From: Candidatus Omnitrophota bacterium
Lineage (GTDB): Bacteria > Omnitrophota > Gorgyraeia > 2-01-FULL-45-10
NCBI GenBank assembly: GCA_041648975.1
Contig: JBAZNZ010000001.1
Location: forward strand, 40,961 to 104,960
Length of the DNA: 64,000 nt
Direction: 5' to 3'
Every line of letters starts with the position of its first letter. Position 1 is the first letter of the stretch. The position numbers and the translations under genes are program-made. Below are positions 25,360-35,727 of this stretch, one piece after another. The notes beneath the pieces were generated by a model that did no database searches, was not told the DNA's origin, and worked only from the letters and a program-made list of their open reading frames with translations.

Positions 25360-26147
25360 AGAAGATACTGTATCCGCTCTGCGCGGCGGCCGCCCTGATG
25401 GCGGCGGGGCCGCTTAATGCGGAAATAACGGCCGGGGAGATCGTAAAGAACGCCAACCACGCGGCGTATTACGAAGGCAAAGACGGCAGGGCGAAGGCGA
25501 GGATGGTCATCACCGATTCCCAGGGCAGGACGCGGGAGCGGGTCATTACAATACTTAAACTCAATATAGCGGACGGCGGCGAACAGAAGTATTACGTCTA
25601 TTTCCACAAACCGAGCGACGTTAAGAATATGAGCTACCTGGTCTGGAAATACATAGGAAGAGACGACGACAGGTGGCTCTATCTGCCGGCGCTCGATCTG
25701 GTGCGCAGGGTGGCGGCGAGCGATAAACGGTCGAGTTTCGCGGGGACGAACTTCCGGTATGAGGATATCTCAGGCAGGAATCCGGATGAGGATGACCATG
25801 AGCTTGTCGGCTCGGGAGGGGATTTCTATGAATTGAAGAACACGCCGAAGAATCCCGGCTCTGTCGAGTTCGCGTACTATACCGCGCGCATCGACAAGAA
25901 GAACTTCATTCCGATGAAGGCCGATTATTATGACAAGTCCGGCAAGGTCTACCGGATCGTCGAGGCCCTCGAGGTCAAGGAGATAGAGGGGCATCCGACA
26001 ATAACGAAGATGAAAGCCTCGGACCTCAACTCCAACTCCTCGACTGTTACGGAATTCACGGATATTAAGTACGATGTAGGGCTGAATGACGGGATATTCA
26101 CGGAGCGGTATCTGCGCAGGGCTCCGTCGCAATGGATCGGGCAGTAG
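25356..26147 (+). CDS. LolA-like outer-membrane lipoprotein-sorting family protein (periplasmic)
   Basis: Signal peptide MKKILYPLCAAAALMAAGPLNA. Size and position next to the MMPL exporter match the conserved MMPL/LolA-like/beta-barrel triad. Confidence 0.5.
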   Translation: MKKILYPLCAAAALMAAGPLNAEITAGEIVKNANHAAYYEGKDGRAKARMVITDSQGRTRERVITILKLNIADGGEQKYYVYFHKPSDVKNMSYLVWKYIGRDDDRWLYLPALDLVRRVAASDKRSSFAGTNFRYEDISGRNPDEDDHELVGSGGDFYELKNTPKNPGSVEFAYYTARIDKKNFIPMKADYYDKSGKVYRIVEALEVKEIEGHPTITKMKASDLNSNSSTVTEFTDIKYDVGLNDGIFTERYLRRAPSQWIGQ

Positions 26148-26155
26148 GGGTTAAT

Positions 26156-27448
26156 ATGATGAAGATACGAGCCGCCTTATTTACCGCTATGGCTATCCTG
26201 TACGCCTTTGGCGCGGCGTACGCGGCCGATATGCCGAAGCTGCATGGTTTTGTCGAAGCCAATATCGGGTTGAAGGTCAATGACGACAAGCTGGCGGCGA
26301 AGAACGGCTATAACATGGCCGAACAGCGCGCCGAGTTCACGCTCCGTTATTTTCCGGACGAGTTGTATATCCTCAAGAAGTGGAACACCGAGATATTCTT
26401 CAAGACGGACGTCCTTATCGACGAGTATACCGAGCGGCCGAAATGGTGGCTTCCGCGGGAACTCTACGCGGCTTTTACCCCGCTCGATTTTCTCGATCTT
26501 AAGATCGGCGAGCAGATACTCACGTGGGGCACCGGCGACTACATATTCATAAATGATCAATTTCCGAAAGACTACGTCTCATTTATAATAGGAAGAGACG
26601 ACGACTATCTCAAACTGCCTTCCTACGCGGCGAAACTCACGTTCTTTACCAGGATCGCGTCGCTTGACCTGATCGCCATCCCGTACTTTACGCCGAATAA
26701 AGTGCCGGACGGCGGCAGGATATCGTTCTTCGACCCGCTCTTTGGCCGGATAGTCGGCGCGCAGTCGGACAGGTACCTGCACGAACCCGCCGCGCAGTTC
26801 GAGAATACCGAAATAGCCCTCCGGCTCTACGGCACGATAGAAAGTTACGAATGGGCGCTGTATTATAACCACGGCTTCTATAAGAACCCTGCAGGCTATG
26901 AAAATCAGCGGACCGGCATCCTCTATTATCCCCAGCTCGACGTCTACGGCGCGAGCGTCCAGGGGCCCGTCCCCATGATCGGAGGTATCGCCAATTTTGA
27001 GACCGGCCTTTTCAATTCAAAGGAGGACGACTATGGCAGGAACCGGCTGGTTCAGGATTCGACCATGCAGTATCTTGCCGGATATAAGCGGGGTTTCAAG
27101 AACGATCTTGAGGTCGGCATCCAGTACTACATCATCCAGATGCTGCATTACACCGCCTACAAGAAAAGCCTTTTGCCCGGCGACTACCAGGATGACAAGG
27201 TGTATCAGCAGTACACGTTGAGGCTTACGAAACTTTTCGCGGGCCAGACGGTCAACGCGTCTTTATTCGTGTTTTACAGCCCCGTCGATAACGACGCGTA
27301 CTTAAGGCCGGTGCTCTCATGGAAAGCCACCGACTCATGGAGCCTCGTTGTCGGCGGTAATATATTCCTGGGGGACCAGGATAACGCCGATTGGGGGCAG
27401 TATAAAGGCGATTCGAATATTTACGGGCGTTTGCGTTACAGCTACTAA
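26156..27448 (+). CDS. outer-membrane beta-barrel protein (DUF1302-like)
   Basis: Signal peptide, alternating amphipathic strands, C-terminal aromatic (…RLRYSY). Genomic association with the MMPL exporter. Confidence 0.5.
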   Translation: MMKIRAALFTAMAILYAFGAAYAADMPKLHGFVEANIGLKVNDDKLAAKNGYNMAEQRAEFTLRYFPDELYILKKWNTEIFFKTDVLIDEYTERPKWWLPRELYAAFTPLDFLDLKIGEQILTWGTGDYIFINDQFPKDYVSFIIGRDDDYLKLPSYAAKLTFFTRIASLDLIAIPYFTPNKVPDGGRISFFDPLFGRIVGAQSDRYLHEPAAQFENTEIALRLYGTIESYEWALYYNHGFYKNPAGYENQRTGILYYPQLDVYGASVQGPVPMIGGIANFETGLFNSKEDDYGRNRLVQDSTMQYLAGYKRGFKNDLEVGIQYYIIQMLHYTAYKKSLLPGDYQDDKVYQQYTLRLTKLFAGQTVNASLFVFYSPVDNDAYLRPVLSWKATDSWSLVVGGNIFLGDQDNADWGQYKGDSNIYGRLRYSY

Positions 27449-27509
27449 AGGCCGATGTCAGAGACATCGGCACTTAGCCAACAAAGTGGCTGAATAAACT
27501 TGGAGGTAT

Positions 27510-27695
27510 ATGATGGCTGAAAGAATATTAAGGGGCATAGCGGGATCTTTTATTCTCGGGAGCCTCGCGCTTGCGTACTATATTAGCCCGCTGTGGTTAT
27601 GGTTTACGGCTTTTGTGGGGCTTAATCTTCTGCAATCCGCTTTTACGAACTGGTGCCCGATGATGTGGGTAATTAAAAAAATGGGTATCGCATAA
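27510..27695 (+). CDS. DUF2892 (YgaP-like) small inner-membrane protein
   Basis: ERILRGIAG...NWCPM motif typical of DUF2892, 2 TM. Confidence 0.6.
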   Translation: MMAERILRGIAGSFILGSLALAYYISPLWLWFTAFVGLNLLQSAFTNWCPMMWVIKKMGIA

Positions 27696-27696
27696 A

Positions 27697-28410
27697 ATGA
27701 AAACACAGACGATAAGCTTCGACATCAGGGAAAACTACGATAATTATTACGACGGCAGCTCGCAGTGGAGGGGCCTGGCCGCGGCGGATTCGGTAGACCA
27801 CATACTTGCCGCCTGCTCCAAGTATCCGCACGGACGGGTATTGGACATCGGTTCGGGCGAGGGGGCCGTGCTGGAAAGGCTGTCGGATATTAAATTTTGC
27901 GACGCCCTGTATTCGCTCGAAGTGTCCAAGAGCGGCCTCGAGGCCATACGCGCAAGGAAGATCGGGTCATTGGCGGAGGCTAAGCTCTTCGACGGATACG
28001 CGGTACCTTATGAGGACAAGGCCTTTGACCTGGCTATCTTAAGCCACGTCGTGGAGCATCTGGAGTTCCCGAGGATTCTGCTGTATGAAGCGGCCCGCGT
28101 GGCGAGGTATGTCTTCATAGAGGTGCCGCTGGAAGACACGATGAGATTTAAAAGAGACTATGTCCCCGGCCCGATCGGCCATATCAATCCGTATTCGTAT
28201 AAGACGATAAGGAGACTCGCGCAGACCTCCCGCCTCGAGGTATTATCGCAGGCCCTCGCGAACATATCGTACCAGATGTACGAATACCAATACGGCAGGA
28301 AGGCTGCCCTTAGATATTTACCGAAAGAGGCCCTTTTGAGGATCATGCCTGTCATGGCCGCGAGATTTTTCGGTTATAATTGCTACTTGCTCTGCAGGAG
28401 TCTCGCATGA
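27697..28410 (+). CDS. class I SAM-dependent methyltransferase
   Basis: Motif I VLDIGSGEGAV. Confidence 0.7.
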   Translation: MKTQTISFDIRENYDNYYDGSSQWRGLAAADSVDHILAACSKYPHGRVLDIGSGEGAVLERLSDIKFCDALYSLEVSKSGLEAIRARKIGSLAEAKLFDGYAVPYEDKAFDLAILSHVVEHLEFPRILLYEAARVARYVFIEVPLEDTMRFKRDYVPGPIGHINPYSYKTIRRLAQTSRLEVLSQALANISYQMYEYQYGRKAALRYLPKEALLRIMPVMAARFFGYNCYLLCRSLA

Positions 28411-29261
28411 ATATCGCCGAGAAGGTCAAATGGTTCTTGCCGTCATCCTTTAAGAAATTTATAAGGCAGGCGCTCTTTGCGCCTCTGGATATTTTTGAAT
28501 CGATATTCAAGAGAGACGGCGAACTGCGGCCGCCCCGATGGGCCATAGGGGGGAACTATGGGTCCGGTTCCGGGAATTTTAAGGATAGCGGCCGGAGGCT
28601 GCTTAGCCATCTCGTAGACCTGGGCGGCCTGGCCCCGGGGGACGCCGTGCTTGACGTCGGGTGCGGCATAGGAAGGCTGGCGATCCCGCTCACCGGATAT
28701 TTAACAAAGAACGGGAGATATGAAGGGTTCGACGTCATCGGGTATAATATAAAATGGTGCTCCCGGCACATCTCGGCGCGATATCCCAACTTCCGTTTTA
28801 CGCACTCGGATGTATATAATAAATTCTATAACCGGACAGGCCGTTACAAAGCGCGGGATTATGTATTCCCGTACCAAAGCGATTCGTTTGACATGGTCTT
28901 TCTCCTGTCTGTTTTTACTCACATGCTCCCTGAGGACATGGAGCATTATGTGTCTGAAATAAGCCGCGTCACCAAAAGATCCGGGCGGTGTTTCGTTACA
29001 TTTTTCCTGCTGAACCCGGAATCTATCGATCTGATGAATAAAGGCAAGGCCGGCCATACCTTCCGCCGGACAGGCAATGATATCTACAGGGTGGACGACA
29101 AGGATATACAGGAAAGCATCATAGCGTATGACGAAAATTTCGTGAAAGAACTCTTCGCCCGGCATGGATTTATAACACAATCGCCTATTCATTACGGGTC
29201 CTGGTGCGGGAGGAAGGATTCCGCCGATAAGATGGATATACTCATATTTACCAAGGGTTGA
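28407..29261 (+). CDS. class I SAM-dependent methyltransferase (second, translationally coupled)
   Basis: Motif I VLDVGCGIGRLAIPL. ATG 28407 overlaps the upstream TGA (ATGA). Confidence 0.7.
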   Translation: MNIAEKVKWFLPSSFKKFIRQALFAPLDIFESIFKRDGELRPPRWAIGGNYGSGSGNFKDSGRRLLSHLVDLGGLAPGDAVLDVGCGIGRLAIPLTGYLTKNGRYEGFDVIGYNIKWCSRHISARYPNFRFTHSDVYNKFYNRTGRYKARDYVFPYQSDSFDMVFLLSVFTHMLPEDMEHYVSEISRVTKRSGRCFVTFFLLNPESIDLMNKGKAGHTFRRTGNDIYRVDDKDIQESIIAYDENFVKELFARHGFITQSPIHYGSWCGRKDSADKMDILIFTKG

Positions 29262-29496
29262 GGATCGCGCTTGTTTCTTAACCCCAAATATATCAATAGG
29301 TTCGGCAAAAACCTGCCGGATAGAGAAACCCTCCGAAGCAGGCTATTTTCAGATAAAGATGGACAGGCGGGGGAGAACGTGGTAAGATAAGCCATGACCG
29401 ATAATCGTCTTTTTGCCGCTTGGTGAGCGTTTATTTGCCGGGCGGCCTTTTGTTTTTAGCTCAACCGTGGCCGGACCAACAGAAAGGACCGTTAAA

Positions 29497-29703
29497 ATGC
29501 ACAAAGGAAAGATAAAGAAGCTCGTGCGCGACAGGGGCTTCGGGTTTATAGACGATACGGACGGCAGGGAGATATTTTTCCATCAATCCAGCCTGATAGA
29601 CGTAGTTTTTACGGCATTGAACGACGACCAGCAGGTCGAATTTGAAGTCGAGAAGAGCGATAAGGGTCCGCGCGCCATAGATGTGCGCGTGGTCCAACAG
29701 TGA
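29497..29703 (+). CDS. cold-shock domain protein (CspA family)
   Basis: GKIKKLVRDRGFGFIDDTDGREIFFH is the RNP1/RNP2 cold-shock motif. Start ATG 29497. Confidence 0.8.
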   Translation: MHKGKIKKLVRDRGFGFIDDTDGREIFFHQSSLIDVVFTALNDDQQVEFEVEKSDKGPRAIDVRVVQQ

Positions 29704-29868
29704 TATCATGTCGAAAAAGATAAAAACTAACAAAAAACACAGGGTGTGCCGGTTCCCCGGCTGCAAGCAGACGTTGAGCATGTATAACTCAGAGTCTTAT
29801 TGCCATGTCCACCAGCAGGCCGCAATATCAAAAGGGCTGTATACAGCCTCATTCGCGAGGTGTTAAAG

Positions 29869-31131
29869 ATGACGCAGCAGATCCAACATTCGAACGCTTC
29901 TTTTTACGGTCTTGGCATAGCGCCGAAGATCCTTGAGATCCTGGACCGTATGAAATTCACCGTTCCGACGCCTATACAGCACAAGGCTATCCCTGTCGCG
30001 TTAGAGGGTAAGGACATCATAGGGGTGGCGCAGACCGGGACCGGTAAGACATTGGCTTTCGCCATACCGATCATCCAGCGCCTGTCCCAGAGAAAAGGCA
30101 ACTGCCTGGTGCTTGTGCCTACCAGGGAACTTGCCATACAGGTCGACGAGACATTCCAGAAACTGGCGCCGCTATTCGGCATGAAGTCGGCTGTAATCAT
30201 TGGCGGAGCTTCCATGCATCTGCAGATACAGGCGCTGAGGAAGAGCCCGCGCATCATAATAGCCACACCGGGCCGGCTTGTCGATCATATAGGTCAGCGC
30301 AACATTCTTCTCGCGTTTATGAGCATACTGGTCCTGGACGAAGCGGACCGCATGCTCGATATGGGATTCCTGCCGCAGATCGAGCAGATATTGAAATATG
30401 TGCCTAAGGACCGGCAGACGATGCTGTTTTCCGCGACGATACCTACGGAGATCATATCGATAGGCACGGCGCACATGAAGCTTCCCATCAATATAGAAGT
30501 TGCGCCCTCCGGCACGACAGCCGAGCGTGTTATTCAGGAGCTCTTTATAGTAAAAAGAGACTCGAAACGGCCGCTTTTAGGTAAATTGCTGAATCAGTAT
30601 AACGGTTCGGTCCTGTTGTTCACCAGAACGAAGATAGGCGCGGCGAAGATCACGCGTTTAATAAGAGGGATGGGACATTCCGCCGCCGAGATACATTCAA
30701 ACCGTTCGCTCGGCCAGAGAAAAGAGGCGCTGGAAGGTTTTAAGAACGGGAAATACAGGGTGCTTGTCGCGACGGACATAGCCTCCAGGGGCATCGATGT
30801 CACAGGGATAGAGCTCGTCATCAACTACGATCTCCCGGAAGACGCCGAAAATTACGTGCACCGCATAGGCAGGACGGCAAGGGCCGGGCGCGAAGGGCGC
30901 GCCATATCGTTCGCCACGCCGGACCAGAAAGACGACATTAAGAGCATCGAACGGATAATCAAGACTGTATTGCCGATCTCAAAGCATCCGGAATTCGCTA
31001 CGGAGAGCTTCGTCTCAAGCCAGAATTTACCGCAGGGCGTCCGCGGGAGCGGCGCGAGGCCCGGCGGATTTCACCGCAGGAAACACCACTTCGCGGCGCA
31101 ATTCCACCGTCCGAAAAGACATACCGGGTAA
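29869..31131 (+). CDS. DEAD-box ATP-dependent RNA helicase
   Basis: AQTGTGKT, PTRELA, VLDEADRMLDMGF (DEAD), SAT, HRIGRTARAGREG motifs. Start ATG 29869 after GAGGTG. Confidence 0.9.
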   Translation: MTQQIQHSNASFYGLGIAPKILEILDRMKFTVPTPIQHKAIPVALEGKDIIGVAQTGTGKTLAFAIPIIQRLSQRKGNCLVLVPTRELAIQVDETFQKLAPLFGMKSAVIIGGASMHLQIQALRKSPRIIIATPGRLVDHIGQRNILLAFMSILVLDEADRMLDMGFLPQIEQILKYVPKDRQTMLFSATIPTEIISIGTAHMKLPINIEVAPSGTTAERVIQELFIVKRDSKRPLLGKLLNQYNGSVLLFTRTKIGAAKITRLIRGMGHSAAEIHSNRSLGQRKEALEGFKNGKYRVLVATDIASRGIDVTGIELVINYDLPEDAENYVHRIGRTARAGREGRAISFATPDQKDDIKSIERIIKTVLPISKHPEFATESFVSSQNLPQGVRGSGARPGGFHRRKHHFAAQFHRPKRHTG

Positions 31132-31166
31132 CCATTTCATGATTTAAAAGGAAAGGAAGGGGCGGG

Positions 31167-32159
31167 GTGAAGATCAAAGAGTTGGCTATATTGGTAAAGG
31201 GAGTATCCGAAGGCGACGACGATATAAATATCACGGGATTGAGCGGCATAGAGTCCGCCCGTCTGGGAGATCTCACCTTTGCCGTGGATGAGGCGCATTT
31301 AAAAAGCGCCGAGGACAGCGACGTCTCCTGCGTCCTGACCGACGACCGCCTTAGAAAATCTACCAAGCCTCTGATAAGGGTAAAAAACCCGAAGCTCTCT
31401 TTTCTCATTATCTATAATAAATTTCACACGAAGGAGATCAAGAACGCTTTTGTGCATTCCACGGCGGTCGTCTCGGCTTCCGCGCATATCGGGAACAATG
31501 TCTGGATAGGGCCCGGGGTGGTGGTGGAGGATGCCGTTGACATAGGCGATCATACTATTATCGAATCGAACTCCGTAGTGAAGAAGAATTCCGCGATCGG
31601 GGCATTTTCCCACATCTATCCGAATGTTACACTTTATGAGAATACGAAGCTGGGGAAGAACGTCATCCTGCATGCCGGGGTTGTAATAGGGTCGGATGGG
31701 TTCGGTTATGTAAAAGATGACGGCAATATCTATAAATTTCCTCAGCTTGGGTCTGTTATCGTCGGAGATGGTGTCGAGATCGGCGCCAATACCACCATAG
31801 ATCGCGGCTCTTTGAGCGATACCATAATAGGCTCGGGAACAAAGATAGATAATCTCTGCCAGATCGCGCATAATGTCAAGATCGGTAAGAATGTCCTTAT
31901 AGCGGCCCAGTGCGGCATATCCGGCAGCACGGTCATCGGCAACGACGTCACTATGGCCGGCAAAGTAGGGGTGGTCGATAATGTATCGATAGGAGATAAT
32001 GTGACTATAGGCGGCGGCAGCGCCGTCATAGGAGACATAAAAAAGAACTCTGTCGTATGGGGAATGCCGGCAAGGCCGATCAACCAGACAAAAAAACAGA
32101 TGGCCGTCCTATCGTGGCTCACCAAAAACTTCAAAGCCGTATCAAAGTCTATAAAATAG
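31167..32159 (+). CDS. lpxD: UDP-3-O-acylglucosamine N-acyltransferase LpxD
   Basis: 330 aa. N-terminal LpxD-specific domain, then a left-handed beta-helix with hexapeptide repeats (IGxNVxIG...). GTG start. Confidence 0.8.
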   Translation: MKIKELAILVKGVSEGDDDINITGLSGIESARLGDLTFAVDEAHLKSAEDSDVSCVLTDDRLRKSTKPLIRVKNPKLSFLIIYNKFHTKEIKNAFVHSTAVVSASAHIGNNVWIGPGVVVEDAVDIGDHTIIESNSVVKKNSAIGAFSHIYPNVTLYENTKLGKNVILHAGVVIGSDGFGYVKDDGNIYKFPQLGSVIVGDGVEIGANTTIDRGSLSDTIIGSGTKIDNLCQIAHNVKIGKNVLIAAQCGISGSTVIGNDVTMAGKVGVVDNVSIGDNVTIGGGSAVIGDIKKNSVVWGMPARPINQTKKQMAVLSWLTKNFKAVSKSIK

Positions 32160-32341
32160 GCCCCGCCCGGACCCGGATTTGTCTTGATTTTTGGTGAAAA
32201 AGCGGTAAAATATGAGCCGATAACGTTGTAGTAGTCCCAAGTTTGAAGGTGGGTCTGGATCGTGAATAAAGAGAAACCTTTGCTAATTAGGCGATGCCTG
32301 ATAGCGAAGGTTTTTTGCGCTTAAAAGCGCCTGAAATTAAT

Positions 32342-34138
32342 ATGATAAATTTTTTATCAAAAGAACTCTTTCTTTTGGATCCCCTGGCAATATTCTTCCT
32401 TGCGGTCATAGGTTTCGTTTCGATACCCTCGGCGATATTTTCGATAGGTTATATGAGCGGCGAATCGATGGGGAAGAAACTGCTCGACTGGGCGCTCCTG
32501 GCGGCATTCATAATATCGATGTGCCTCGTAGTAACCGCAGGCAACCTCTTCTCATTCCTCATATTCTGGGAGCTGATGTCGCTCGCTTCATATTTTCTCG
32601 TAGTATCCGACTATAAGCATGAAAGGTCCATACAGGCCGGCACGATATACTTCATCATGACCCATGTGGGCACAGCCTGTCTCATGGCGGCCTTCTTCAC
32701 CCTTTATAATTACAGTAATTCCTTCGATTTTTCCGCGGTCATTCAGGGGGCCGCAGTAATGCCTCCCCAAATACGCAATGTCGTCTTCCTGCTTCTATTG
32801 ACCGGATTTTCGACGAAGGCGGGCGTCGTGCCTTTACATATCTGGCTGCCTTACGCGCATCCTCAAGCGCCGAGCCACGTCTCGAGCATAATGTCGGGCG
32901 TGATGATAAAGATCGCGATATACGGCATGATACGTTTCTTTGTGACGCTTCTGGGCCCCGGATCCGCGTGGTGGGGCGCGCTTATTTTGGTCCTCGGAAT
33001 GATATCGTGCCTTGTCGGCGTAATATATGCCCTCATGGACCACGACCTGAAGAAATTGCTGGCCTATCATAGCGTCGAGAATATCGGGATAATCCTTTTG
33101 GGCGTAGGCGCCGCCATCTTTTTCGGGAACCTCGGCTTAGGCGCCGTCGCGGCGCTGGCCATGTGCGCAGGGCTGTACCATCTGATAAACCACGCGTTAT
33201 TTAAAGGGCTTCTATTCCTTTGTTCGGGGAGCGTATTTAAGGCGACGGGGCTGCGCGACATGGAGAAGATGGGAGGCCTTATCAAGACTATGCCGCAGAC
33301 CGCCTTCTTTTTCCTGGTCGGGGCAATGGGCATCTCCGCGCTTCCCCCCTTGAACGGATTTGTCAGCGAGTGGCTCACCTTCCAGGCGTTCTTCTTGGGC
33401 GTCCTGCAGTCGCAGGGGGCCGTAAAGATATTTATGGTCCTGTCCGCGGCGGTGTTGGCCCTGACGAGCGGTCTCGCGGCGGCCTGTTTCGTTAAGGCGT
33501 TCGGCATCGCATTCCTTGCCATGCCGCGGAGTAAGCGCGCCCGGGAATCGAAAGAGGTTTCATTTTCGATGAAGGCAGGCATGGCGCTATTGGCCGTTGG
33601 TGTGGTGGTATTCGGCATGGGGGCAGGATTTGTCGCGCCCTTGATCATGGGAGTTTCACAGGATGCGCTTGGGATGGAAAAGGCCGCGGGGCCTTTTCAT
33701 CTCGTATCGGCCCTGCCTCCGATGATCGCGGCGGCATTACTTGTTATAGGAGGTGTGATCTTCCTGTGGTTCAAATTCGGGTTACGCCGAAAACAGGTCC
33801 GCTACAATACGTGGGATTGCGGATATTATGCCCTCGACAGCCGTAACGAATATACGGCGACCGCATTCTCGAAGCCGTTCAGGATAGCGTTCAGCTTTTT
33901 CCTGTTGCCATACCGGAAGAGCGAGAAGATAAGAGATTCTTTCTACCATATCCGCAAATTTACATACGAGACGCATACTACCCTGGTATTTAAAAATTAT
34001 TTTTACGACCCGCTGGTGCGCATGGTCTACCAGGCAGCGGTCAAGATACGCAAGCTGCAGCCGGGGAGCATACATCTGTATATCCTTTATATCTTCATCA
34101 CCCTGGCGACGTTGCTGATAATCACGGCGGTCTTCTAA
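32342..34138 (+). CDS. hydrogenase-4 component B-like / NuoL-type antiporter-like membrane subunit
   Basis: About 600-aa polytopic protein with Mrp/ND5-family signatures (WLPxAHxxAPxxVSxxxHSxTMV-like: WLPYAHPQAPSHVSSIMSGVMIK). Confidence 0.75.
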   Translation: MINFLSKELFLLDPLAIFFLAVIGFVSIPSAIFSIGYMSGESMGKKLLDWALLAAFIISMCLVVTAGNLFSFLIFWELMSLASYFLVVSDYKHERSIQAGTIYFIMTHVGTACLMAAFFTLYNYSNSFDFSAVIQGAAVMPPQIRNVVFLLLLTGFSTKAGVVPLHIWLPYAHPQAPSHVSSIMSGVMIKIAIYGMIRFFVTLLGPGSAWWGALILVLGMISCLVGVIYALMDHDLKKLLAYHSVENIGIILLGVGAAIFFGNLGLGAVAALAMCAGLYHLINHALFKGLLFLCSGSVFKATGLRDMEKMGGLIKTMPQTAFFFLVGAMGISALPPLNGFVSEWLTFQAFFLGVLQSQGAVKIFMVLSAAVLALTSGLAAACFVKAFGIAFLAMPRSKRARESKEVSFSMKAGMALLAVGVVVFGMGAGFVAPLIMGVSQDALGMEKAAGPFHLVSALPPMIAAALLVIGGVIFLWFKFGLRRKQVRYNTWDCGYYALDSRNEYTATAFSKPFRIAFSFFLLPYRKSEKIRDSFYHIRKFTYETHTTLVFKNYFYDPLVRMVYQAAVKIRKLQPGSIHLYILYIFITLATLLIITAVF

Positions 34139-34140
34139 CT

Positions 34141-35022
34141 ATGATAAATATGGATAATATTATCGCGGTCATATGGAAGACGGTTCTGCTGGCGCTCGCC
34201 GCGCCGCTCGTGAGCGGCGTCATACGAAAGATCAAAAACAACCTCCGCATGCGGAAAGGGCCGACCATATTCCAACCCTACTTAGACGCGCGCAAACTTT
34301 TCCTGAAGGATGAGGTCGTTTCAAATAACGCGTCGTGGATATTTTACGCGGCGCCTGTCATAGTCTTTGCCTCGAGCGTATGCGCGCTTACAATGATCTT
34401 AGCCGCGGGCAAGGCGCCTTTAATGAATGACGGCCTGGCGATCCTCATAGCCGCGCTATTTGTGCTGGGCCTGGGACGCTTCTTCCTGGCCCTGGCCGGT
34501 CTCGACGCAGGCTCCTCGTTCGGCGGGATGGGTTCGTCCCGGGAGATGTTCATTTCAAGTTTTGCCGAGCCGGCGGCTTTCATCGCCGTATTTGTCCTGT
34601 GCATGGGCGGCGGGGACGGATTCAGGATCTCGAACGTTCTGGCGGGATTCGCGCTCTCGATGGTCGCGCTCGCCGAGACTTCGCGGATACCTGTGGACAA
34701 CCGGGAGACGCATCTGGAATTGACGATGGTCCACGAGGCGATGGTGCTCGAATATTCGGGCAGGTCGCTGGCGCTCATAGAATTGGCAAGCCATATAAAA
34801 CAGATGGCGTTCTTTACTCTGATCACCTTCTTTTTTATAGCGCCTGCCGCCTTATGCCCGGCATGGCCGCAATTTGCGGTCAAAATAGCGGTGATCGCTT
34901 TAGTCTTTGCGCTCGTAGAAATATCGGTGGCAAAGATGCGGCTCTTCAGGGTGGTGGATTTTCTGACTTTTTCTTTTTTTGTAGCGCTCATCGCAACGAT
35001 CGCGGCGGGCCTGGGGCTATGA
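34141..35022 (+). CDS. NuoH/HycD-like membrane subunit
   Basis: Conserved ETHLELTMVHEAMVLEYSGRSLALIE region (E...E...YSG, as in NuoH/HycD). Confidence 0.65.
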   Translation: MINMDNIIAVIWKTVLLALAAPLVSGVIRKIKNNLRMRKGPTIFQPYLDARKLFLKDEVVSNNASWIFYAAPVIVFASSVCALTMILAAGKAPLMNDGLAILIAALFVLGLGRFFLALAGLDAGSSFGGMGSSREMFISSFAEPAAFIAVFVLCMGGGDGFRISNVLAGFALSMVALAETSRIPVDNRETHLELTMVHEAMVLEYSGRSLALIELASHIKQMAFFTLITFFFIAPAALCPAWPQFAVKIAVIALVFALVEISVAKMRLFRVVDFLTFSFFVALIATIAAGLGL

Positions 35023-35086
35023 AGCCCATGGTTATAATCGTCGGGGCGGAATCCCGCCCCGAGCAGGACAAATAGCGGGATAAGAA

Positions 35087-35725
35087 ATGACACTCACATT
35101 CATACTTAGCGGTTTTTTGATAGTAACCTTTCTCCTCGTGACCGCGAAGAGGATCACGGCGCTCATCCGGACGTTCAGGATCCAGTCCGTATTCTTATTC
35201 CTTTACACATTTTATATGGCATATAACCAGAATCATCTTGAGCTCTTTGTCGTATGCGGCCTGGTCTTCGCGCTTAAAGCGGTGGTCATCCCGTTCGTAC
35301 TTCTTCGCATTATGCGGCGCATCAAAGCGGAAGAGGACCTGGGCCTCCTGGTGAATCCCCAGATCTCGCTTGTCATAGCGCTCATCTTCGCGTACCTTTC
35401 GTATCTTTTTGCCCATAACGCGATGTCGCTCGGGAATTCTCCGGAATCCGCGGCGTTCGTAGTTTCGATAACGGCGCTGTGCGTCGGTTTCTTCATAATG
35501 GTAAGCCGGATGAAGGCATTCGGCCAGATCATCGGGCTCCTGGTTATGGAAAACGGCATATTTCTCGCCGCGGCGGCCATAGCCGGCGGCATGCCGTTCT
35601 TCGTCGAGATCGCGCTCTTTTTCGACGTCTTCGTCTTCGTTATAATATTGGAAATATTCATATATAAAGTGAACAGGCTCTTTACGCACATCGATACCTC
35701 TAAGATGAAATCGTTAAAAGGATAG
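35087..35725 (+). CDS. HyfE-like small membrane subunit (212 aa)
   Basis: Polytopic protein of the size and position of hydrogenase-4 component E in hyf-type operons. Confidence 0.5.
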   Translation: MTLTFILSGFLIVTFLLVTAKRITALIRTFRIQSVFLFLYTFYMAYNQNHLELFVVCGLVFALKAVVIPFVLLRIMRRIKAEEDLGLLVNPQISLVIALIFAYLSYLFAHNAMSLGNSPESAAFVVSITALCVGFFIMVSRMKAFGQIIGLLVMENGIFLAAAAIAGGMPFFVEIALFFDVFVFVIILEIFIYKVNRLFTHIDTSKMKSLKG

Positions 35726-35727
35726 AC

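Noticed and set aside
34344-35689. Several 80-250-aa ORFs in alternative frames within the hydrogenase-like membrane genes (e.g. 34344-35093 -, 35195-35689 -, 34599-35075 +)
   Set aside because: They lie inside polytopic membrane-protein genes with clear family signatures. Their Arg-rich or Ser-rich composition is a typical off-frame translation.
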